Source: Macrostomum lignano
Lineage: Eukaryota
Direction: 5' to 3'
DNA length: 64,000 bases
NCBI GenBank assembly: GCA_002269645.1
Contig: NIVC01002582.1
Coordinates: forward strand, 1-64,000
Shown: one piece after another, positions 11,281-21,800 of the stretch
Numbering within the stretch: position 1 is the first letter of the stretch
How the letters are laid out: each line of letters starts with the position of its first letter
Notes under the pieces: generated by a model
What the model was told of the DNA's origin: nothing
Databases searched by the model: none
Seen by the model: only the letters and a program-made list of their open reading frames with translations
Translations under genes and position numbers: made by a program

Positions 11281-12712
11281 TATATAGCTCGTAAGAAATT
11301 ATATTAAACCATGTTAGGATTAGGAGTAAGACAATTTAAGTGCAGTCATGGTCTTTTTTGCCTAAGCTACTTATTTATTTATTTAGATCTACTTTTATAA
11401 ATGAACTGGTTTGATTTGGTATTTTGCTGCTATTAGATTTCTAAAATTCCTTAATCTTAGCAATAGAGATTAAATAATTAAGATAAATCCAAGAGATTTG
11501 TTTATTCAAAAGATCCAAATGAAATAGAAAACAATGTAAGCATGGAATAGGTTTATAAATATTTAGTACTTTACATGTAAGTGCAAATGTAATGAGATAT
11601 TGACTATCTTTTATGCACTATTGCTGGCAATGAATATTAGTAACAGTTTTAGCCCAACTACTTTTTAGCTCCTATTTGTAGATAGACTCCTAAACTCCCA
11701 TTTTATCCTAGCCATAGAGAGACAGATTACCAAAGTTAGGCAAGTCTATAGGCAATATGCAGCCTATGAAATTTCTCTATTTTGCCTTGGGCTCTTTTGA
11801 TCTTTACAAAAAACAACTTGGGATACTCAAGGTTTGCATTGCTTCTTAGCTCTTTTCTCTCCTCTCTTTTCCCTTCTCTCTTTTCTCCTCTCTCTTCTCT
11901 TCTCTCTTATTTCATCTCTTTTTTTCTCTCTACTTTATTCCCTCTCCTTTTCTCTTATCTGACCCACAGCCATGAGCTAGATTCTTTATCTGGCCCATAA
12001 GGCAAAAAGATTGTTAACCCCTGGCTGAAGAAGAAATTCTGACATATACATCAAGCCAATGCCTATCAGTGACTCATCTATACCTGTATATTTATTGCAC
12101 TTTGGTTGCTAAAACCTATAGTTCCTCTAATACTTATAAAATTCTATTCATTTGATTGTGGTAATAAAAATCGAAAAACATTGCAGGGGAAATCCCAATG
12201 CTAAAAATAGCTCTACTTTGGTAAGAAAGGGAGAATCCCTGTTTGATTGACTTTACGAACCCTCTTTACCCCACCCCATAACATTTAACTTCAACGCAAT
12301 ATGCGATGTGTGCTATGTACATTGCTGCGTACGTTATCGGTCTAATCAATATGAACTGTGTGGCCTGCGTGAAAATTGCAGCATACCACCAATTAAAGTA
12401 ATTATTAAACAGGTAGGCGGACTAGCGATTGGTTTTTTGTTAGATTTCGTGTGTACACCAACCTCTCCAGCCTTAACTTGCTAAGCCTTTTTTCTACTTA
12501 CCCTATCGCGCGTTCTGAAGCCCCATGTGACCCATTGTTGATAGGCTGATTTTAAGTGCCGATGCCAGTCAAATTGGTTATATAATAAAAGGTCCAATAT
12601 ACATATTTTACACTTGCACAAGTGATTTGGTCGACTCTTGTGTGTGCGCTAGTGCCTCCATCAACAGCGGCTAGATTTGCAGTGTAGTCAGTCAGTCAAT
12701 AAAATTAGAAAA

Positions 12713-13489
12713 ATGGGACTTCGTCGCCGAATTGAACGCTTGCTAAACCGCAGCGACCGACGTAGATCTTCCAGTCAACCGCGTTGCTGTCAGCTAGAGC
12801 GTCAACAGCAGCAGCAACATGATCTTGGAGCAAAGCCACAGTTAGGTAGGCGAGGCCCCTTAGCAACAAGCAATCAGCAATTATGTCATCTATCAAAGCG
12901 ATACGGTTGCGAGATTGATATTGTTTCTACTAGTGGCAATCATTATTCAAGCTTCTCAACCACGTCATCAAAGTCTTCCTCGTCAGCTTCCGAGTCAACA
13001 AATTGTCATCGAGACAGCATCGTTGACGCCTGGCGTTCGTCCTCTAATAATCCCAGACGAATGCACTTTCTACGCCTAGAAACTGGCGCAGATACGTCTT
13101 GCTGCGTGGCCGAATTATCGACAACTTCCGGTTCGTCGTTGCCTTCAACGACATCGTCTGGCAATGGTGGCAGTGGCGCTGCCGTCTACGAAGAAATTGT
13201 CGAACCGCTGTACGATCGAGTCGATAGCGGCGACACTCGCTTGTCAGTAGATGATGAAGGCGGCTATCGCTACAGCGACGGTTACTGGCGATATGCTTCG
13301 CTGCCTCGTCGACAGCATCGAATTCGGCCGACAATTCCGCTTCCTGCACCGCCACTGCAGCTGCAGCCACTGCCGCCGTTGAATGCTCAGCAGTTGCATT
13401 ATCAGCATCATCATCAGCAGCAGCAGCGCCTGTTGCCTCTGGGCTGCACCCAAATCGACTGGAGAGGCGTTAAATGCACCAGTTTTTAA
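12713..13489 (+). CDS. Intronless orphan protein, 258 aa, Ser/Gln/Pro-rich, unknown function
   Basis: Open 258-codon frame with the same GC/CpG-rich, poly-Q style as flanking genes; AT-rich 3' region with AATAAA near 13714; no recognisable domain. Confidence 0.65.
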   Translation: MGLRRRIERLLNRSDRRRSSSQPRCCQLERQQQQQHDLGAKPQLGRRGPLATSNQQLCHLSKRYGCEIDIVSTSGNHYSSFSTTSSKSSSSASESTNCHRDSIVDAWRSSSNNPRRMHFLRLETGADTSCCVAELSTTSGSSLPSTTSSGNGGSGAAVYEEIVEPLYDRVDSGDTRLSVDDEGGYRYSDGYWRYASLPRRQHRIRPTIPLPAPPLQLQPLPPLNAQQLHYQHHHQQQQRLLPLGCTQIDWRGVKCTSF

Positions 13490-14189
13490 AGCAACTTTTT
13501 TAATTTCATTTTTTAAACGGAGAAATGCTTTTATTTCTACTGCTTAATCAGTAGCGTGTTGCGACACATTATTAATTATAGCACAAAAACGCAAAACCTT
13601 TTTTACTATTTTCATATTTTTACTCGATGAATAGTTTCAATTTTAACATTCGCATTTTTCTCTTTCAAGGTTCCAGGCTTGCCCTGGATTCTTTGCATGT
13701 ACTTTGTTTCTTAATAAAATAATGCCTGTTTTGCCCCAGCGCTTGGTACTTTACTCGCTGCTGCTGACTGCTGTTTTTTTAATCGCTTCATTTTATAATA
13801 GTTTTATTGTAGTCTTCAGCTACTAACTAGCCTATGATATGCTGAACTTACACTTTTTAAACTCCTATTTGATTTTAATTGCTTATTGTTGTATTGTGAG
13901 CACGAGTGTTTTACAATAACTTTTTATCATTCATAATTTGTCGTAAAATTGCTACTCAAACAGCGTGTTATATTTTATCAAATAAAAATATTAACAGTGC
14001 GTGTATGATTTTCGAGACTATTTAGAGACGTGACATTAGATTGCTTAGATTGTTTGTTTAAAATTAGTTCTCTTAGTAACAAAAAATAACAAACTGTGAG
14101 TCCTAGTGCTAACACCTTAGAATATAAATTACGAGTTAAATTTATCCATATATTTTATTATCATCAGAAAGTGCACACACTGCGCAAAT

Positions 14190-14490
14190 GTATATATGCA
14201 TTTTTTCATGAGGACTGCGAGCACCCTTTTGCAACGCCTACGGCGATAGCGTCCCAGAGGCAATACTGTACACAGGCACACACGCTCACACAACGGTGCA
14301 CAGCGGCCCTGACTTCTAATCGCTAGGCATGTACACCCTCTGTGCCTTGGTGGTTGACCTTCATGTGTGCGAATCGCACGACAGCCTACCCGGCCAATTT
14401 CTGTGCACACACAAGCCCCAAATGAACGGTGGCCGCGCACGGGAATCGAACCAGGGGTCGTAGTGGTAGCGCTAGCGATTTTTTTTTTCA
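14190..14490 (-). mobile_element. tRNA-derived SINE (family 2), 5'-degenerate copy
   Basis: B box GGTTCGATTCCC on minus strand; body blocks GGCACAG..GTGTACATGCCTA and AGGGCCGCTGTG..TGTGTGAG shared with 59722-59960. Confidence 0.65.
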
Positions 14491-14588
14491 CAAATTGGCC
14501 CAGAATGTGTAACATACTACACACCAGAGAATGAGAAAGTTAGGACTGCTGTACGAGTACACCTTTTATGAGTGTGTGGGGAGTATAA

Positions 14589-14890
14589 GGGGGTTGTAGC
14601 CTAGTGGTTAGAGCGTTGGACTCGTGACCGAAAGGTCGGAGGTTCGATTCTGGACCCACTCGAAACAATTTGTGTCCTTGAGCAAGACACTTAACTCTGC
14701 ATTGCTTCAGTTCACCCAGCTGTAAAATGGGTGCCAGCATTAGCTGGGGTAATTGAGTGTGTGTGCGACCCCCCAGTCCTTGGACTGAACAGCCGTACGC
14801 AGCCTTCAGATGCGCCTCGCAATAGCTGCGGCTGAGCTGTCGTTTGCACATCTGGCCCAATTGGGACAGGTGTAATCAATTATTATTATC
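14589..14890 (+). mobile_element. tRNA-derived CORE-like SINE (family 1), copy B, full length
   Basis: A and B boxes; CCTTGAGCAAGACACTTAACTCTGCATTGCTTCAGTTCACCCAGCTGTAAAATGGG resembles MIR CORE; ATT-repeat tail. Confidence 0.9.
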
Positions 14891-15100
14891 ACTATTTTTT
14901 ATTATTACGAGCGTGTGCTGCGTGTTCAAAGATCATTGAAGTCGGGCATGGCTGCTCGCTTCTTTGGTGGTAGCGAATTAAAATTTCAATGGAATCATAT
15001 CCCAGTAATCGATCTAGGGCATTAATATCAATAAATTTGAGAAATCCTAATATCCCCTATGTGTATGCATTTCAGTTTAATATAATCAGCTAAGAAAGCA

Positions 15101-15588
15101 ATGCAATCAACAGCAAATGAATCTGACAGAAGCAAAGAACAATCAATCAATCGTCGCGAAGATGTCATTGTAAAATTGGCTCTATTAAACTGTGCCGTTC
15201 GAAGCTATCGGTTTGAAACCGCTGCTAAGCCGTTTCCGCCGCAATTTCGGACAGCACAATCGGACGATTCGAAAGATATCGAAGCGCTTCGACGGTTGCT
15301 TAGCAGAATCTGTCGTCAGTTAGTTGACTTTCTCAGCCTTGATGATGGATCGGCTGCTGGAAGCTTGAGAAATTGGTTGTCAACTAATTTAACTTACACG
15401 TTGGAGCGTAGATTGCCATTGTCGGATGCTTTCTCTGATATTCAATGCCGAGTTTTAAATCTTGATAGTTTAAATCGTCCAGAGCAACCTCAACAGCACC
15501 AGCCCAGTCTGGTGTACAAGGTGTATTATAACGACAAAATTGAACGAAGATTTTCTGAACTAAAATCTGGTAGAAATACTTTCTTTGG
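15101..15588 (+). CDS. PARP16: PARP16 (ARTD15) mono-ADP-ribosyltransferase homolog, exon 1
   Basis: AVRSYRFETAAKPFPPQF...KDIEAL resembles human ALQSYKRDSVLRPFPASY...KDFEAL; donor GG|GTGAGA, phase 2. Confidence 0.9.
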
Positions 15589-15619
15589 GTGAGAAGTTTG
15601 TTTTATTGATTTTAAATTT

Positions 15620-15900
15620 TCCCTCAGAAACTTCACATAGCAACAAGCTTCAGCTATCCGGAAAATTTTCCACAGCAACAAGGCTTAGCTATCCATAAAT
15701 TTCCCATAGCAACAAGCCTTAGCTGTTCCCAAATCTCCCATGGCAACGAGCCTTAGCTATCCATAGATTTCCCTTAGCAACCAAGAGTATCTATTCACAA
15801 ATCTACCATAGCAACAAGCCTTAGCTGTCCATAGATTTCCCTTAGCAACCAGGAATTTCCCTTAAATCTACCTATAAATTTCCCATAGCAACAAACTATT
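15620..15900. repeat. Degenerate ~37-bp repeat (CCATAGCAACAAGCCTTAGCT...) in PARP16 intron
   Basis: About seven visible units. Confidence 0.8.
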
Positions 15901-15932
15901 ATCTATTCCCCCTCTGATTGGCACAATCTCAG

Positions 15933-16620
15933 CTACCACGGCAGTCGAGCAGACAATCTGCACTCAATCCTATCCAACGGCCTGTGCGCCCATCTGAGCT
16001 ACGGCCGCCAGCCCCTATACGGCGAAGGTGTCTACCTATCTACCGATGTAGGCGTAGCCCTCGCCTTTGCCTCATCGGGTACTGCTCAACCGCTTAGCGA
16101 TCGACTCCAATGCGTAGTAGTTGCCGAAGTGATCGATCAACCTGATCTAGTGAAACGTCGGCGTCGTCGTTGCCATAGCAACAGAGCCGATGATAGCAAC
16201 GAAGTTGACGATTTACCAAACGAATACTATGTAGTGAGTAGTAGCGAACTTGTCATTGTTCGTTACGTTCTATTGTTCTCGTCTATTGAACCTAGTAGAC
16301 TGCTTACAATTAGTGCCAGCAATAATAGGCATACTACTCGTACTACTACTAGTAGAAGAGGCTATCTCAATCGTCTAATTAATGATAATCGAGCTTGGAT
16401 TGGCGCCATCGTTTATTTATTGTTGCTGCTAATACTGCCGCGGTTGCATGCCTGGCTGTCCGCCTGTCTGGCTGGCGGTGTCAGTCAGGATGAAGCTGAG
16501 TTGGAAGCTGCGCTACAGTCCGCTGCGGAGGCGTCAACGTCTTCTACTAGTGGAGACTCAACATCCGCTTCTGGTGGTGATGAAGCATTCGGTTGGGGTG
16601 TCACCTGGGGTGCGGACTGA
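15933..16620 (+). CDS. PARP16: PARP16 homolog, exon 2 (catalytic domain, TM anchor, stop)
   Basis: TCTCAG acceptor; YHGSRADNLHSILSNGL, LYGEGVYLSTD, AEVIDQPD, NEYYVVSSSELVIVRYVLLFS, hydrophobic WIGAIVYLLLLLIL; total 391 aa. Confidence 0.93.
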
Positions 16621-16748
16621 TGGGTCTTTTTGATTGTAATTATAATCACTCTTTCATTGTAAATAAACTCGAAGTAGATGCTAATCTGGGGAGATGTACA
16701 TGTAGATGGTTTGGTGGCCTGAATCGATTCTGCGAGTGTACACACTTT

Positions 16749-16950
16749 CAACTCTGCATTGCTTCAGCTCACCCAGCTGTAAAATGGGTGCCAGCATTAG
16801 CTGGGGTAATTGAGGGTGTGTGTGGCGACCTCCCAGTCCTTGGCCTGAACAGCCGTACGCAGCCTTCAGATGCGCCGCGCAATAGCTGCGGCTGAGCTGT
16901 CGGTTGCACACCTGGCCTAATTGGACAGGTGTAATCAATTAATAATAATA
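16749..16950 (+). mobile_element. CORE-like SINE (family 1), copy C, 5'-truncated, downstream of PARP16 stop
   Basis: Starts within the CORE-like block; tail matches the other copies. Confidence 0.88.
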
Positions 16951-17744
16951 TATAAATAATAAATCGCGCATGTAAACTATCAAACCACAAATATTAGCAA
17001 AATTTATTTTCATATTTTGCATTTTTGCATCACACAGATACAGATAATGTAATTTGATGCACCCTAGTGTACATGCCCGTCGATTAAAGAAAGTCCGGTC
17101 CGCTGTACACCCTATGTGAGCGGAGTCAGAGGAATGAGCAGAATTGCCTCAGTGCTATTCCTGGGGGATGATGTCGGCAAAGGCGTTGCGCGCAAACAGA
17201 TTACTTATCAGGTGTTTTATTACTGTTATACCGGTAGTCGATCTCTGTGAAATTGAAGATTTCATGTCTATTTTCTATCTGGCATTAATGTAAAAAATTG
17301 CTTCATTTTATATACTCGGTTTTTTGTTTTTTTGTTTCAAAAAATCACAATATCCTTGCCTATAGTGTTCAAGTTTGATGAGTTGTATAAAAATATATTT
17401 TATCTATTTTTGTTTATAACAATCTTGTGCAATATGAGCGCATAGATTTTTATTACGTGTGTAAAGTTTTCTAAATTAAATTCTACACTATATTTTTTAG
17501 TAATGTCTATCAATTGGTAATTGAATAAATTAGTGTTTTATTCAGAAGCAAGACTGTTATTAATATTATTAGTTTGATTGGTTAATTAATTGATTGGCCA
17601 ACTAAAACCTAGAAGTTTTTCAATGAATTCTATTGTATTTTGTCAAGTATACATGTATACTAATGAACATGTGTTTTTGTCTTTGTCTTTTGGCCTTCGA
17701 TGTTGCATGCGCTATCACTTAATCCTGTGATCTTTTTGTCCTGT

Positions 17745-18385
17745 GATCCTCTAGTCCTGTGGTCCCTTAGTCTTGTGATCCTTTAGTCCTGTGCTTTAGT
17801 CCTGTGATCCGTTAGTCATGTGATCCCATAGTCCTGTGATCCCATAGTCCTGTGATCCTCTAGTCTTGTGATCCCCTAGTCCTGTGATCCTTTTATCCTG
17901 TGATCCTTTAATCCTGTTTTCCTTTTGTCCTGTGATCTTCTAGTCCTGTGATCCCCTAGTCCTGTGATCCCCTAGTCCTGTGATCCTTTAGTCCTGTGCT
18001 CCTCTAGTCCTGTGATCCTCTAGTCCTGTGATCCTCTAGTCTTGTGATCCCCTAGTTCTGTGATCCTTTTATCCTGTGATCCTTTAATCCTGTTATCCTT
18101 TTGTCCTGTGATCTTCTAGTCCTGTGATCCCCTAGTCCTGTGATCCCCTAGTCCTGTGATCCTTTAGTCCTGTGCTCCTCTAGTCCTGTGATCCTCTAGT
18201 CCTGTGATCCTTTAGTCATGTGATCCCTTAGTCCTTTGATCCCTTAATCTTGTGATCCTTTAGCCATGTGATCCCCTAGTCCTGTGATCCTTTAGTCCTG
18301 TGATCCTTAAGTCCTGTGATCCCTAATTATGTGATCCCTTATTCTGTGATCCCTAACTCTGTGATCCTTTAGTCCCGTGATCCTT
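17745..18385. repeat. ~16-bp minisatellite (TAGTCCTGTGATCCCC) upstream of BLTP1 first coding exon
   Basis: Directly visible tandem array. Confidence 0.95.
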
Positions 18386-18574
18386 AATCAAGATCAACTT
18401 TACTTTTTCTGACATACAATGCACTACTATCTATCAATAGTAGTCACAATTGCTTTCGTATGCTTTTTCAAATTTCCAGCAAAATTTCTAGCAGCTAAGT
18501 CAATTAAAAAATACAACAAGTTTCTCGCCCAATCACGGGTCGAAAAAAATATCGACAGACGGACAGTGGCAGTG

Positions 18575-18878
18575 ATGTCGAATCTAACTTACCACCCAGC
18601 TGCCAGCTCCACGGCAGATATTATGAGCAGCGGCAGCAGCAGTGGCAGCAGCGGCGGTTCGGATTCAAAATTCTTTCAACAATTTATGAAAGAAAACCAG
18701 ACTATTCAGCAGCAGCTGGAACGGGCCCTTGTTAATCGCTATTTCTACGTATTCATTCTGTCACTGCTGTGCATGATTGCCTGGTTCACCTTCATTGTGT
18801 TCTTCAACCCGAGGGTGATGGGCCTGATATTGTCGCAGATTTTGCGTAGATTTTTAACCACTTGGACTCTGTCGTTTG
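18575..18878 (+). CDS. BLTP1: BLTP1 exon 1 (start, TM helix)
   Basis: ATG 18575 after TTTCCAG acceptor near 18479; donor G|GTGAGT. Confidence 0.85.
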
Positions 18879-21800
18879 GTGAGTGCTTGATTGTGTGATT
18901 CGCTTTTTTATAGTGTCAATTAAGTAGTTCTATGATGAGTCTACGTGAAAATGGCTTTTAAAATACGTAGTCAGCATCTTCTCTGTCCTTTCTCTTCTTT
19001 CCTTTTTTCTCTATTTTCTCTCCTCTTCTCCTCTACTCTCCTCTCTTCTAGTCTCCTCCCGTCTCATCTCGTCTCCTCTCTTCTCCTCTTCTCTCCTCTC
19101 CTCTCTTGTCCTCTCCTCCTCTCCTCTTCTCTCTTCCCTCGATATTTTATTTCATCTTTAAATTTGTACTAGTAAAAATTAACCATATTTAGCAAAACTT
19201 CGCATCCAGCCACTTGAGTTTCTGAATGCTTTTCACCCACCCCCGCCCCCCCCCACTCCATAGACTCAATCTCCATCGCAATATTCAGCGGTCGTATAAA
19301 GTTTCGCAACCTAGTTTACGTTACTGACGATTATTCGATACGTTGCAAGGAGGGCATCGTGCAGTTTAGCTACTGGCTGCCCTATCAGCCAGGCGGCGGT
19401 GGCGTCGGTGCTGCTGGAGGCAAAGGCATCGGCGGAGGCGTCGGCGGGCGTCGCCATCAAGGTGGCGACGAGTATCTGCCATTGAAAGCAATGCCTTCGT
19501 CTGCAGCGGCCGGAGCAACCGCCGCGGCAGCTTCTGGCTCTGGCCATGGCGGAGCCTCGTCAACTGGCGCTGCTGGTGGCGTCAGGACGGGATCGCGCTA
19601 CGCTCGGGGCGCCGGCGCCGGCGACAGCGGCGCTTCGTCTGGCAAGCAGCGCCGATTAGTTTGCCGCCTATACGGTGCCGAGTATCATTGGTATAATAGG
19701 ACAGATGTCTACGATGAATTAATTGATCTATTTGGCTGCAACCAGGTGCCAAAGGCAGCTAAACCACAACAGCAGCAGCAGCAGCAACAGAAGCGACCAA
19801 GAGCTTCTAGTACAAAATCGGCTGGTAGCATTGACCCGGATGTTGCCGGTTCTGTGTCTGCCTCCGCTAAAAAGCGCGGCTTTATATCGACTGTGTCCGG
19901 ATCTACGGCCGCCGAGGATAGGGCAGAGTGAGTTTCATATTTAAAGCACCCCTGTGTATTTGACTTCGTTTTTTATCAATCTTAGCCTGCCATTATTTTG
20001 CTATTGTTTTTCAGGCAAAGTAAACGAGTTGGCTGGCTTAGATGGCGCGAATTAATACCGGTGATTCGGCTTGAAATTGAAACGGTGAGTTTTTAATCGT
20101 TCTAGAGAAGAAAAAATAGGCAGAAGGACAGGGAGTGTGTATGTGGTGCAGAGGGACAAATAGTATATTGGGGCAGAGGCTATGGGAGAGTGTACACTGG
20201 GACAGATGGACAGAAAGAGTACATTGGGGCAGAGGGCCAGGGAAAGTGTACACTGGGGCAGAGGGTCAGGGAGTGTGTACACTGGGGCAGAGGGACAGAA
20301 AGAGTACATTGGGGCAGAGGCTATGGGAGAGTGTACACTGGGGCAGAGGGAAAGAAATAGTACATTGGGGCAGAGGCTATTGGAGAGTGTACGCTGGGGC
20401 AGAGGGAAAGAAATAGTACGTTGGGGCAGAGGCTATTGGAGAGTGTACACTGGGGCAGAGGGAAAGAAATAGTACATTGGGGCAGAGGCTATTGGAGAGT
20501 GTACACTGGGGCAGAGGGAAAGAAATAGTACATTGGGGCAGAGGCTATTGGAGAGTGTACACTGGGGCAGAGGGAAAGAAATAGTACATTGGGGCAGAGG
20601 CTATTGGAGAGTGTACACTGGGGCAGAGGGAAAGAAATAGTACGTTGGGGCAGAGGCTATGGGAGAGTGTACACTGGGGCAGAGGGAAAGAAATAGTACA
20701 TTGGGGCAGAGGCTATTGGAGAGTGTACACTGGGGCAGAGGGAAAGAAATAGTACATTGGGGCAGAGGCTATTGGAGAGTGTACACTGGGGCAGAGGGAA
20801 AGAAATAGTACGTTGGGGCAGAGGCTATGGGAGAGTGTACACTGGGGCAGAGTGACAGGAAGAGTACGTTGTTGCAGAGAGACAGAAAGAGTACATTGGG
20901 CAGTGTGGACAGAGAGTGTGTACATTGAGGCAGTGTGGACAGAGAGTGTTTACATTGAGGCAGAGGGACATGGAGAGAGTGTACAGTGGGGCAGAGGGAC
21001 AGAAGAACAGTGGCGAAATTCCTTCAGAGGCTCTCTGGCCTCTGAAGCTCAGGCAATCAGCTGCTAGCTGCTGGGCTAAAATGAAGCGAAAAATGAGTGA
21101 AGACAAAAAGCAGCAACTATGACTAAAACCTTGTTAATTAAACTTTCTATTATTTCTTAACAGGGCCGATTTATTATTGGAAATCACTTGATGCCGTCGA
21201 ATCTGTGCATAACTTGCGAAATCGCACTGATTGACTACAGTACTAAAGAGGCGTCCACCGTGTACGATTTGTTCATGCATTCGTACGAGTGCCAGCTCAG
21301 GCGAAGTTCTATCTCGTGGGTGCTGACGCCCAACTATAAAGGACCGCACGAGCAGACTGAGTAAGCAGCTTTAGTCGGGTTTATTTTATACTATAAATTC
21401 CCTCTGGATAACCCTGCTTGGAGCCTCGGTAAACCCCCTCGGACAGTCTCGCTAAACCCATTCGGACAGCCTCGCTAAACCCCTTCGGACAGCCTCGCTA
21501 AACTCCCTGGGACAGCCTCAGTAAACCCTCTGGGACAGCCTCGGTAAACCCTCTGGGACAGCCTCAGTAAACCCTCTGGGACAGCCTCGGTAAACCCTCT
21601 GGAACAGCCTCAGTAAACCCTCTAGGACAGCCTCAGTAAACCCTCTAGGACAGCCTCGGTAAACCCTCTGGGACAGCCTCGCTAAACCCTCTCGGACAGC
21701 CTCGGTACCCCCCCCCGCTCGGACAGCCTTGGTAAAACCCTACCGGGAATTTTCGGTAAACATTGCGAAAGCCTTGCTAAACATTCGGGCAGACTCGCTA

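Noticed and set aside
14589-14665. tRNA gene at SINE heads (also 1955-2028, 38050-38122, 57756-57830, 59722-59790)
   Set aside because: A/B boxes are present but the acceptor stem and anticodon arm vary among copies and run into a shared SINE body.
14775-14875. Self-cleaving ribozyme (HDV-like or hammerhead) in the SINE tail
   Set aside because: GGCC(C/T)AATTGG(G)AC resembles an HDV 3' end and CTGAAG a hammerhead core, but I could not build the P1/P1.1/P3 pseudoknot or find the GAAA core.
17075-17240. RNase P/MRP RNA (GAAAGTCCGG ... ACAGATTACTTATC) or C/D snoRNA
   Set aside because: The complementary CCGGCTT strand needed for P4 is absent; no proper C box/D box pair.
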